Assembly (NCBI GenBank): GCA_019636755.1 | Contig: JAHBWZ010000008.1 | Location: forward strand, 103,900 to 167,899 | Direction: 5' to 3' | Length of the DNA stretch: 64,000 bases | From: Phycisphaeraceae bacterium | GTDB taxonomy: Bacteria; Planctomycetota; Phycisphaerae; Phycisphaerales; SM1A02 | In this document: in pieces, positions 17,053-25,891 of the stretch | Layout of the letters: each line of letters begins with the position of its first letter | Numbering within the stretch: position 1 is the first letter of the stretch | Position numbers and translations under genes: made by a program | The notes under the pieces: model-generated | The model's input: only the letters and a program-made list of their open reading frames with translations | The model's database searches: none | Told to the model about the DNA's origin: nothing

Positions 17053-17792
17053 GCCGTCGTCTTGGGATCGTTGCTCAACAGCCGGACGCCGTCGGCGCGC
17101 ATGCGGCTTTCCTGGAGCACGAATCCGCCGACGGCCGCCAGCGCGACCAGGAGCGGGACGAGCATCGGCGTGGACGTGAACGTCTCACGCACCGCGCCGT
17201 CCCAGGACGGGACATGCATCAGCAGCGTGATGGCGCCGAAGACGACCATGAGCGATCCGCCGACGCTGGTGAAGAGCACGACGACGAACCGGTAGAGAAT
17301 CAGCGACGCCATCGCGAGCACGACGAACCCGAGCAGCGCACCGGCCCATCGCGCGTCTGCGACGCTCTCCGGCTGCGCGACGGACCAGGCGTTGACGCCG
17401 ATGAACGCGCCGGTCAGACCGCCGAAGATGGCGACCGTGATCTTGAGCAGCGGGGTCGCCACGATGGCACAGAGGCAGCCGACGGCCGCCGCCACGATGG
17501 TCGGCCGGCCCATTTCCTGCGCGAGCGCATGACCGATGCCGAGTCCCGCAAGGAAGGCGAGGATCGCGACCACCCACTTGTGCCAGCGGTACCCGTTGAG
17601 CACGCAGAGCACGCCGACGGCCACGACGGACATGGCCGCGACCAGCGGCAGGGACGCGAGCCCGTCCAGGAGATCATCGGGACGGTTGAGGACGTTGAGA
17701 CGATCCACCAGCGGACCGGAGAGGAGCCGGTCGGACGCGGGGTCCTCCTGTCCCAGCAGGAACAGGAACGGTAGGGGAGCCGGGGTCGCCAT
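17049..17792 (-). CDS. Polytopic integral membrane protein, function unknown
   Basis: 247 aa with about 6 hydrophobic spans. Its stop overlaps the polX start by 4 bp. Confidence 0.6.
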   Translation of the reverse strand: MATPAPLPFLFLLGQEDPASDRLLSGPLVDRLNVLNRPDDLLDGLASLPLVAAMSVVAVGVLCVLNGYRWHKWVVAILAFLAGLGIGHALAQEMGRPTIVAAAVGCLCAIVATPLLKITVAIFGGLTGAFIGVNAWSVAQPESVADARWAGALLGFVVLAMASLILYRFVVVLFTSVGGSLMVVFGAITLLMHVPSWDGAVRETFTSTPMLVPLLVALAAVGGFVLQESRMRADGVRLLSNDPKTTA

Positions 17793-17797
17793 GGCGA

Positions 17798-18802
17798 TCA
17801 GCGGCTTCTATCGGCACGGCGTCCCCGGTTCGTCCACTGAACGACCGATCCTGCGGCGGCGAACAGCGCCCACGCGCCGAGAAGAATCTCCGCGCGGTCG
17901 AGCGAGGCGGCGGCCGGCTCCAGCGAGAGCGGGACCAGCGTGATGCGGAGTCCGGCGATCACGAGTGCCGAGCCGACCGCGGCCGACGCGATGATGGCGG
18001 CGACATCCGCACAGAATGCGCCGAGCAGGAGGCCGGCCAGGAGGCCTCCGGTCAGCGCGGCCAGGAGCGTGCGCCGCCCCGCGGGATCCAGGCGCAGAAT
18101 CCGCGCACGCAGGTCGGCCCACCGCGCCGCCGCCCATGCGGTGAACGCATCCACGCGCGCCATGTCACCGCCATGGCGCTCGAACTCGTCCACGACACGC
18201 TGCCGCGCCGCGTCCCGCGCCTCGTCGCGCAGGAGCCCGCCCAGTCGCTCGGCGAGACCCGGCTCCGGATCGCGTGCCGGCGCGGCGCCGCTCTCCGCGG
18301 GGCGCTCATCGAGCCACGACCCCGGGTCCGGTGCCGCAGGCCCGGGTGCGTCATCCCCGGTGTGCTGCGGTCCCGGGCGCTCCGGCGGCGCCGCGTCCCC
18401 GGCGCGCGGCGGACCATGGGCGTCCGAGGTGTCCAGCGCCAGCACCAGGGCGCCCGCCATGAACGCCAGCGCCAGTCCCAGGGCGCCGGCCACGGCAAGG
18501 CGGAACAGCAGGATGCACAGGGCGCACAGCAGCGCCGCGCCGACCGCGGCGCCGATCCATCCGGGGGCCATGGCCGTCGCTTCCGCCAGGATCCATCCGC
18601 ACGCGCCGCCGACGACCAGCCCGGCGAGCGCCGCCGCCGGCCGGAGCGTCCGGCGTCCGCTGATCACCAGGGTCACGCCCGCCGCCAGCATGAGTGCACC
18701 CATCAGCAGCGGCAGCCACGGCAGCGCTGTGACGATCGCGTCGGCGGTGTCCGCCGCGGTGTCAGGGTCGAGCAGGGCTGGGACGTCCGGGGCCTCGGTC
18801 AT
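17798..18802 (-). CDS. Integral membrane protein, function unknown
   Basis: 334 aa. N-terminal and C-terminal clusters of TM helices are separated by a charged Pro/Asp-rich loop. It ends 5 nt upstream of the next minus-strand gene. Confidence 0.55.
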   Translation of the reverse strand: MTEAPDVPALLDPDTAADTADAIVTALPWLPLLMGALMLAAGVTLVISGRRTLRPAAALAGLVVGGACGWILAEATAMAPGWIGAAVGAALLCALCILLFRLAVAGALGLALAFMAGALVLALDTSDAHGPPRAGDAAPPERPGPQHTGDDAPGPAAPDPGSWLDERPAESGAAPARDPEPGLAERLGGLLRDEARDAARQRVVDEFERHGGDMARVDAFTAWAAARWADLRARILRLDPAGRRTLLAALTGGLLAGLLLGAFCADVAAIIASAAVGSALVIAGLRITLVPLSLEPAAASLDRAEILLGAWALFAAAGSVVQWTNRGRRADRSR

Positions 18803-18971
18803 GGCGCGCCGGTGACGATTATGACGGAACCGACGGCGCCGGGCGGTGCGACGGCGTCCGACGCTGGCCGCGGGTCATCCGGCGGGATCCGTCTGCCGAT
18901 AGCGCGTGCATCCCCCGCAGGATGCCGTCGCCGGGCAGGGCCGGCCGGGGGCCTTGCCGGATCACGTGCCG

Positions 18972-20102
18972 ATGGAACCGATCGACCCCGCTGAACCCCC
19001 GCGTCCGGACGACGCGCCGACGCTCGACGAGACCGCGCTCGCGGAGATCCGCGCGCGGATCGACGACATGGACCGCGTCATCATCGATGCGCTGAGCGAG
19101 CGCGCCCGCCTGGTCGTGCGGATCGGCGGGACGAAGCGGGCGCTGGGTCTTCCGATCTACGCACCGCACCGTGAGCGCCAGGTCCTGGACCGCGTCCTGC
19201 GGATGAACCCCGGACCGCTGCCACCGCGCTGTGTCGAGGCCATCTACCGCGAACTCATGTCCGGGAGTTTCGCGCTGGAACTTCCGCTGCGCGTGGCGTA
19301 TCTCGGGCCGCCCGGCTCGTTCAGTCACCTGGTCGCAACGCGCCAGTTCGGATCCTCGGTGGAGTTCAGTCCGTTCCGGGAGATCATCGATGTCTTCGAG
19401 GAGGTCGGCGCGGGGCGCTGCCACTACGGCCTCGTGCCGTACGAGAACTCGATCGGCGGCGGAATCACCGACACGCTGGACGCGTTCCAGGCATTCCGTG
19501 TCACCGTCTGCGCCGAGGCGCTGCTCGCGGTGCGCCAGACGTTCCTCTCGAATCATCCGCCGGGCGAGATCGACCGGATCTACTCCAAGCCGCAGGTCTT
19601 CAGCCAGTGCCGGAAGTGGCTGGCGCGGATGTATGAGCGCGCGGAACTCGTTCCGGCGACGAGCACATCGGAGGCCGTGCGGCTGGCCGCCGGCACGCCG
19701 CGCGCCGCAGCGATCGGCTCCCCGCTCGCGGGCGAGATCTACGGCGTCAAGCCCCTGTTCGATCACATCGAGGACAATCCGCACAACGTCACGCGGTTCC
19801 TCGTCATCGGTCGCGAACCGGCGAAACCCACGGGCGACGATCGCACGAGCATCATGTTCGTCACCGCGCACCGTCCCGGCGCCCTGGTCGATGTCCTTGC
19901 CGCCTTCCGGGATGCCGGCGTCAATCTCAGTCACATCGAGAAGCGGCCGAGCGGGCGGACGAACTGGGAGTACACCTTCTTCATCGACTGCGACGCGCAT
20001 CGCGAGGATGCCGCGATGACCCGGGCGACCGCCGCGGCGCGGGCGCATTGCGCGCGGCTGGAGGTCCTGGGGTCGTATCCGCGGGCGCAGAGCATCCTCT
20101 GA
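18972..20102 (+). CDS. pheA: Bifunctional chorismate mutase / prephenate dehydratase (P-protein) with ACT domain
   Basis: CM segment LAEIRARIDDMDRVIIDALSERARLVVRIG...PIYAPHRERQVLDRV. PDT segment VAYLGPPGSFSHLVA...GLVPYENSIGGGITDTLD. ACT segment TSIMFVTAHRPGALVDVLAAFRDAGVNLSHIEKRPS. An alternative start at 18906 is possible. Confidence 0.9.
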   Translation: MEPIDPAEPPRPDDAPTLDETALAEIRARIDDMDRVIIDALSERARLVVRIGGTKRALGLPIYAPHRERQVLDRVLRMNPGPLPPRCVEAIYRELMSGSFALELPLRVAYLGPPGSFSHLVATRQFGSSVEFSPFREIIDVFEEVGAGRCHYGLVPYENSIGGGITDTLDAFQAFRVTVCAEALLAVRQTFLSNHPPGEIDRIYSKPQVFSQCRKWLARMYERAELVPATSTSEAVRLAAGTPRAAAIGSPLAGEIYGVKPLFDHIEDNPHNVTRFLVIGREPAKPTGDDRTSIMFVTAHRPGALVDVLAAFRDAGVNLSHIEKRPSGRTNWEYTFFIDCDAHREDAAMTRATAAARAHCARLEVLGSYPRAQSIL

Positions 20103-20103
20103 C

Positions 20104-22650
20104 TCACGGTGCCGGTCGGGCGCCCCCGTGACGGATCCACCGCAGGACGTTGAGCAGCGTGTCCACGGCGCCGTCGTGCGCCGGTCCGCTGACCGCCCAC
20201 ATCGGGCGGTCGAGCAGCGCGTGCGAGAGATCGTCCTCGCAGATGATGACGCGCAGCCGACCGTCCCGCGCCAGCCCGCGCAGCCGGACGCCTTCGCCCG
20301 TGCCGCCCGGATGCTGCACGGCGAACGGCCGGCGGGGCGCGCGGTCCAGGTCCCGCCCGTCCGGGAGCCCCTCGCCCGTGACGACGGGATGGCGGCGCAG
20401 GACCATCGGCCGGAGGCGCGCCGCGCGTTCCAGTCCCGACTCCAGCCCGCGGGCGAAGTCGCCGAGACCGCCGGCCGTCTCGATGAGCACGATCGCGTCG
20501 GAATCCGCCAGGACGGAGGCGATCCTGGCGTCGAGCGACGCGTCGCCCGGGGCGCCGTCCACACCGCTGAGCCAGAGCAGGTCAGGCATGACGGCGCGGT
20601 CGACCCCCGCGGGCGGTTCCGCGCGGGGCAGCGCGTCGATGGGCTCCACGCGCACCTCGGCGGGAACGCCCCGGGCGGCGGCGGCCGCCGCGAGCATGAC
20701 CGCGGCATGCGGCTCCGGCGGCGCGCCGTTCACGCCGGCAAGGACCACGCGGATGACCGGCTCCGGCGCCGGCACCGCCTGCCGCGCCGACGTGGATCGC
20801 GACAGCCGCGGCTGCGGCCGGTCCATCTCCGAGGCCAGCAGGTAGACGTTCTCGATGACCGCGCGGTGTTCCGGCGGAATCGTTCCCGTGCCCTGCCAGG
20901 ATGCGGTGAGATCGCCGCGCGGCACCAGGATGATGCACTCCCGCACGCCGTTGCCGATGGCCCGGAGCGGAAGCGATCCCGTGGATCGGCGCAGCGATGC
21001 GGCGGGATGTTCACGCGGCAGCGTGCGCCACGCGCGACCCGGAAGAAGCATCTCGCCCAGCGCTTCGACGCTCTCGCTGAAGCCGGTGGACCCGGACTCC
21101 GCCAGCGCCAGCAGCAGGCCGCCCCGGTGCAGGAATGCGCGCAGGATGTCCAGTTCGCGGTCGCCGGGAAGGGGCGGCGGGGGCTCGTCGGCCGGCGCGG
21201 CGCGGGCGGCCGCGGCCTGGAGCGCGCGTCGGCGATCGCGCACGAACGGAATCGCCTGGTCTGACGCGAGCATCAGGACGGCGGATTCCAGCAGCGCCTC
21301 GGGACCGTCGAGCAGGTGCACGGACTGCCACGCGTGGACGGACTCGGTCATCGCCCCGAGCGCCTGCGCCATGCCGGCGGCCGCCGCCGGGCGCAGCGCC
21401 GTGTTCATGCCCGGGATGTCCAGGCGCCCGAGGACGATCGGCTCCCGACCGCGCGCGAGGAAGAGCAGGGTGAAGGCCAGGTCCGTGGTCGACGGCGCCC
21501 GGGCGCCGGTCCTGACACGGAAGCGGATCGACGGCGCGTCGAATGCCCCGCAGCGCGCGAGCAGTTCCGCGGCGAGCGCCGGGAACCACGGGACACCGCC
21601 CAGGCTCCGCAGTCCGCCGGCGAGTCCCAGGCGCTCCACGGCGTATGCCCAGTACGCGAAGTGACCGCCGTGTCCGGGATGGGCGGACGGATCGAACCGC
21701 GCCTCCAGCCATGCGACGGCGCGATCGATGGCGGCGGCGCTGCGATCGGGGCGATGGCGCGATGCGCGCAGCACGGCATCGCGCCGGACGGTGTCCCGGA
21801 TCATGAGCAGCGTCGCGGCGCCGGCGGCCGTCATCGAGCCCCGCGCCGTGCGTTCATGGTCCAGGTAGGGCCAGCCGCCGTCTGCCAGTTGCCCGTCCAG
21901 GAGCGACTCCTCGAGGGTCATCCAGAAGCGGGGATCGATGCGGGCACCGCGCTCGACCGCTTCGCGCAGAGCCAGGGCGCCGAACTGGCGCAGCGAGTTG
22001 TCGCGCCGCGCGATGCGCATCGGCGACTCATAGCCCCATGAACGCGTGTCCAGGTCGAAGCCGTCCAGCAGGCGCGCGGTCTCCGTTTCCAGGTGCGACA
22101 TGAACCGCGGCGGGAGCATCGCCCAGAGCATGGTGCGCATCGCGACCGCGTACGTTCCCGCGGGCGACTGGCCCGCAAGCCACTCGATGGACGGCGCGAG
22201 CCGGGGATCCTGGTACGAGACCCCGGCGCGGACCAGCGCGGCGGCGACCAGCGCCGTGTATCCGCCGCGCTGTGTCGGACTGCCGTGCGTGCGCTCGTTC
22301 CAGGTCGCCGGCTCCCAGTGCCGGCGCGCGTGACGCCGCCGCAGCAGTTCCTCCACGATCGCGTCGTTGGCGGAGGCGAGGTGCGCGTGCGTGAGCGGTA
22401 CGCTCGCGCCGCTCGACGCGTCCGCCGCGGCAGCGACGCGGGCGGTGTCCATCGCGCCGATCGGGGCGAGGAGCAGCACCAGGCGCCACAGCGGCCGGCC
22501 GATGCGGGCACGGTCGCATCGGCGCCGGCCTTCACGGTGATGCGGACTGCGGACCCGTCGCCGGCCCGGCCCGTGGCGCCACCAGCGGCGCTGGTTCCCG
22601 TGCGGCGGCGGAAGCGGGCCGCGGTCGATCGTGACACCATGGTCCGGCAT
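20104..22650 (-). CDS. Large secreted/membrane-associated protein: prenyltransferase/terpene-cyclase-like alpha-toroid repeats followed by two DUF4159-like domains
   Basis: 848 aa. N-terminal hydrophobic RPLWRLVLLLAPIGA. Repeats with GGY..., QLADGGWPY... Central and C-terminal regions resemble DUF4159 (AFLHRGGLLLA...HP..., ...LWLSGVDG...VIICEDDLSHAL). Domain calls are from memory of family patterns. Confidence 0.5.
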   Translation of the reverse strand: MPDHGVTIDRGPLPPPHGNQRRWWRHGPGRRRVRSPHHREGRRRCDRARIGRPLWRLVLLLAPIGAMDTARVAAAADASSGASVPLTHAHLASANDAIVEELLRRRHARRHWEPATWNERTHGSPTQRGGYTALVAAALVRAGVSYQDPRLAPSIEWLAGQSPAGTYAVAMRTMLWAMLPPRFMSHLETETARLLDGFDLDTRSWGYESPMRIARRDNSLRQFGALALREAVERGARIDPRFWMTLEESLLDGQLADGGWPYLDHERTARGSMTAAGAATLLMIRDTVRRDAVLRASRHRPDRSAAAIDRAVAWLEARFDPSAHPGHGGHFAYWAYAVERLGLAGGLRSLGGVPWFPALAAELLARCGAFDAPSIRFRVRTGARAPSTTDLAFTLLFLARGREPIVLGRLDIPGMNTALRPAAAAGMAQALGAMTESVHAWQSVHLLDGPEALLESAVLMLASDQAIPFVRDRRRALQAAAARAAPADEPPPPLPGDRELDILRAFLHRGGLLLALAESGSTGFSESVEALGEMLLPGRAWRTLPREHPAASLRRSTGSLPLRAIGNGVRECIILVPRGDLTASWQGTGTIPPEHRAVIENVYLLASEMDRPQPRLSRSTSARQAVPAPEPVIRVVLAGVNGAPPEPHAAVMLAAAAAARGVPAEVRVEPIDALPRAEPPAGVDRAVMPDLLWLSGVDGAPGDASLDARIASVLADSDAIVLIETAGGLGDFARGLESGLERAARLRPMVLRRHPVVTGEGLPDGRDLDRAPRRPFAVQHPGGTGEGVRLRGLARDGRLRVIICEDDLSHALLDRPMWAVSGPAHDGAVDTLLNVLRWIRHGGARPAP

Positions 22651-22904
22651 GGCCCCGGTCTCCTCTGGCGGATCGAGCGCCGGCCTGTCATCGGCCTGTC
22701 ATGCGCCGCGTCGATCCACCGCCCGAGCGTACCCGTCGCGCGTGTCCGCACGGGCGGACATGACCGAAGTGCCGCCGCAGTGCGCGACGCGGGCGGGCCG
22801 CGATCGCCGGATCCCCGTCGCGCCCCGCGCGCCGGACCGCCGGTGGGCGGGGATCACCACCGGCGGCTACGCTGCCGGGCCGCCGAGCGGCCGCGGACCT
22901 CCGG

Positions 22905-23534
22905 ATGCCACAGGAACCCTCGTATCTCGCGCCCTACGCCGCCGCCATCCGCGCGTCGGGTGCCGGATTCCAGGCCACGCTCTGGCGCAGCCGGGAGGGG
23001 CAGCGCCGGCGCTTCGAGGTCTTCACGGACTTCGTCGACTTCGGCGGCGCGACGATCCTGGACATCGGCTGCGGCCCGGGCGATTTCGCCGCGTACCTGC
23101 TCGAGGCCGGGGTCGCGTACCGGTCGTTCTTCGGGGTCGACGCCCTGCCGGAGATGGTCGCCGCGGCGACGGCGCGCCGGCTCGACCGCGCGTCCTTCCA
23201 TGCCGGCGATCCGGTCGCGGACCCGGACGCGCTCGATGGCTTCGCGCCGGACTGGGTGACGTGCTCGGGCGCCCTCAACACGCTCGATGAACCCGTGGCG
23301 GTCGCGCTGCTCGATCGACTGTTCGCGCGGGGGGCGCAGGGCCTCATCTTCAACTTCCTCTCGGATCGACCACATCCGCAGGGAACCGCTGGTCCGCCCG
23401 CGCCGGCGCGCCGCTTCTCGACCATCCGCCTGCTCGACCATGCGCTGGCGCGGACGTGTCGTGTCGCCTTCCGCCAGGACTACCTGGACGGTCACGATGC
23501 GACGATCGCCATGTGGCATGACGGGCGCGGATGA
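22905..23534 (+). CDS. Class I SAM-dependent methyltransferase
   Basis: Motif I ILDIGCGPGDFAAYL, then the post-I acidic FGVDALPEMV. 209 aa. Confidence 0.75.
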   Translation: MPQEPSYLAPYAAAIRASGAGFQATLWRSREGQRRRFEVFTDFVDFGGATILDIGCGPGDFAAYLLEAGVAYRSFFGVDALPEMVAAATARRLDRASFHAGDPVADPDALDGFAPDWVTCSGALNTLDEPVAVALLDRLFARGAQGLIFNFLSDRPHPQGTAGPPAPARRFSTIRLLDHALARTCRVAFRQDYLDGHDATIAMWHDGRG

Positions 23535-23719
23535 CGGACGGAGATGACGCCCGCGCGACGACCGGATCGTCGCGAGACCGACCGTTGACAGGACGCCCGG
23601 CCCGCACCGGTCCGACCCCGGGTCGCCGGGCGCGGCGCCCGGCGCCGATGATGTCCCGTCGCCCCCGCGCCCGCGGTGGTTGCCCGCCCGGTCGGGCGTC
23701 GGTACGCTCCCCGCTCACC

Positions 23720-24463
23720 ATGGCGACCCTGGTTCTCGAACACTCGGATACCGCCCGCGCTGACCGGCTCGGGTTCCTCCTGCGCGACCACGGGCATCGC
23801 ATGCGCCTGGTGCGGCCCCACCACGGCGAGGCAGTGCCCGGGTCGCTGAATGACATCGACGCCATCGTCGTCATGGGTGGCCCGGCAGCACCGACGGATG
23901 ACACGCTGCCGTGGATGGCGCCGGAACTGGACCTGCTCGCGGCGGCCCACGCGGCGCAGATGCCGATCCTGGGCATCTGTCTCGGCTGTCAACTGCTCGC
24001 CCGCGCGCTGGGCGGCGAGGTCGAACGCCTGCCGGCGCCGGAAATCGGGTTCGCGCCGATCACGCTCTCGCCGGTCGGCCGGGAGGATCCGCTCTTCGCC
24101 GGCGTGCCCTGGGTGCACGCGCAATTCCATGCGCACGCCTGGCAGGTCTCGAAACTGCCGGCGGGGGCTCGCCTGCTCGCGTCGTCGGCGGTGACGCGCG
24201 TCCAGGCGTGGTCCATGGGGCTGCGGACATTCGCCGTGCAGTATCACCCCGAGTGCCGCCGCGCGACGATCGAGGCGATCGTCGCCGAGGAGACGCAGAC
24301 GATCCGCGCGGCGGGCACGACTGCGCAGGACATCCTGCGCGATCTCGACCGGCACTGGGCGGACTACGAGCGCACGACCGACCGCTTCTTCGAGTCGGTG
24401 GCGCTCTGCCTGATGCCGCTGGACCGGCGCTTCGCGGGCATCGCGCGGGACGTGCATCACTGA
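23720..24463 (+). CDS. Class I glutamine amidotransferase (GMP-synthase-like GATase1 domain protein)
   Basis: Start at MATLVLEH. Nucleophile elbow ILGICLGCQLLARALGG and the catalytic His/Glu context VQYHPE. Confidence 0.8.
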   Translation: MATLVLEHSDTARADRLGFLLRDHGHRMRLVRPHHGEAVPGSLNDIDAIVVMGGPAAPTDDTLPWMAPELDLLAAAHAAQMPILGICLGCQLLARALGGEVERLPAPEIGFAPITLSPVGREDPLFAGVPWVHAQFHAHAWQVSKLPAGARLLASSAVTRVQAWSMGLRTFAVQYHPECRRATIEAIVAEETQTIRAAGTTAQDILRDLDRHWADYERTTDRFFESVALCLMPLDRRFAGIARDVHH

Positions 24464-24669
24464 GCGGACGAGCCCGCGTTATTGCGCATGCATGCAGCGC
24501 CGCGCCGGGCCGTGCGGGGAACGACGATCATTGTGAGGGGACGGCGCCGCAGGACCGGGACGCCGTGCCGCACGCGCCGACTCCAGGGCAGGGGAATGGG
24601 CTGGAACGAGCGCTCGCGGAGCGCTGCGATCCTGCCGCGCGAGGTGGGCTCCATCGGCCCGACCGGCAA

Positions 24670-25582
24670 TCAGCCGCTCCAGGCCGCAAGGAGGTGCAGC
24701 AGGTCGACGGCGCTGGTGGTCCCGTCGCCATCAAGGTCAGCACCATCGGCCCCCCATGATGCCAGCAGGTGAAGCAGGTCGACGGCGTTGACGACTCCGT
24801 CGCCGTTGAAGTCCGCCGGCTGCCACGCGTCCTGCGCGGGGAGTCCCGTTACGATCCAGGCGCGCGGCAGGTTGCGCCAGGTGCCGTTTCCGGCGAGCGT
24901 CGATCCGTCGTGGCTGACGGCGACGATCTCTTCAAGCGTCCAATCGGCCATGTCCAGGCCCTGCGCCGCGAGGCAGGTACCGAGATCAGCGGCGCCAGTC
25001 GCCGCAGACCAGAAGGTCGCCTTGTGCGTGCCCATCCAATCCACCCGGCTGCCGGCCACAACGGTGCCGGTTGCGCTCGTGGCGCGCGGTCTGGTCGCAT
25101 ATCCGTCGGAGGGCAGCTCGAGCAGGAGTGGAGGCTCATTGGAGCGCCACATGCATCCGAAGTGGTTGAAGTCGGGCGGGATCGTGACCTGACCGGCGAT
25201 GGCGGAACCGTCGGCGCTGATCGCTGTCGCCCAGCTCCCGGTGCCGTCGTCGGGGGACAGTGCCTCCATACCGGATGCCTGCGACCATCTGAAGGCGCGC
25301 CCGGAGCCGCTGTCCGCATCGCTTGTGCCCACAACGATGCTCCCGTGGCCGCTCACGCCCTCCGCGTATGACCATGTCCCGCTCAACGTGCCCAGATCGT
25401 CGAGTCCGAGTCCGTCCCTCCACCGGACCGCGCGCCACCCGAGGCCGATGTCCCACCGCGCGGAGCGACACGCCGGTGGAACCGGCGCTGAGGCCGGTGG
25501 CGATGAGGCCTGTCGCCAGAACGGCGATGAACGGGATCCGTCCGCTTGACCGGTGATGTATCGCTGCTGCGGCAGTGAGCAC
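24670..25582 (-). CDS. HAF-repeat extracellular protein with two C-terminal dockerin-like modules; apparent frameshift between signal peptide and body
   Basis: Body in the frame of track ORF 24670..25665: ...LGTLSGTWSYAEGVSGHGSIVVGTS...AFRWS...ATAISADGSAIAG...ADFNGDGVVNAVDLLHLLASWG..DLDGDGTTSAVDLLHLLAAWSG. The only signal peptide (MLTAAAAIHHRSSGRIPFIAVLATGLIATGLSAGS) is in another frame, starting at 25582. Confidence 0.6.
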
Positions 25583-25891
25583 GGCGAGTTCCTTCCCGGT
25601 GCTGGTATGCAGACCGGGGCACGATCCTGTTCCACCGGCGGCCGCATGTGGGCCCTGCCCGCCACCGCACGATCAGCCCAGGTCGGTGGGATCGATCAGG
25701 GCGCCGGTCGCCTGCAGACGCACGACTTCCCGCGTGGCGCGGAGCACCTCCAGCACGTGCCAGCCCGTCTGGCGCACCGCGACCGTCCACCCGGGCAGGC
25801 ACGTCGAGGTCACGTCACCCGTCCGGGTCACCCGGTGTTCACCATCGCGCAGGCACCTGGACCCTCGCGCCCGGAACCCGCCCGTGGGCGG

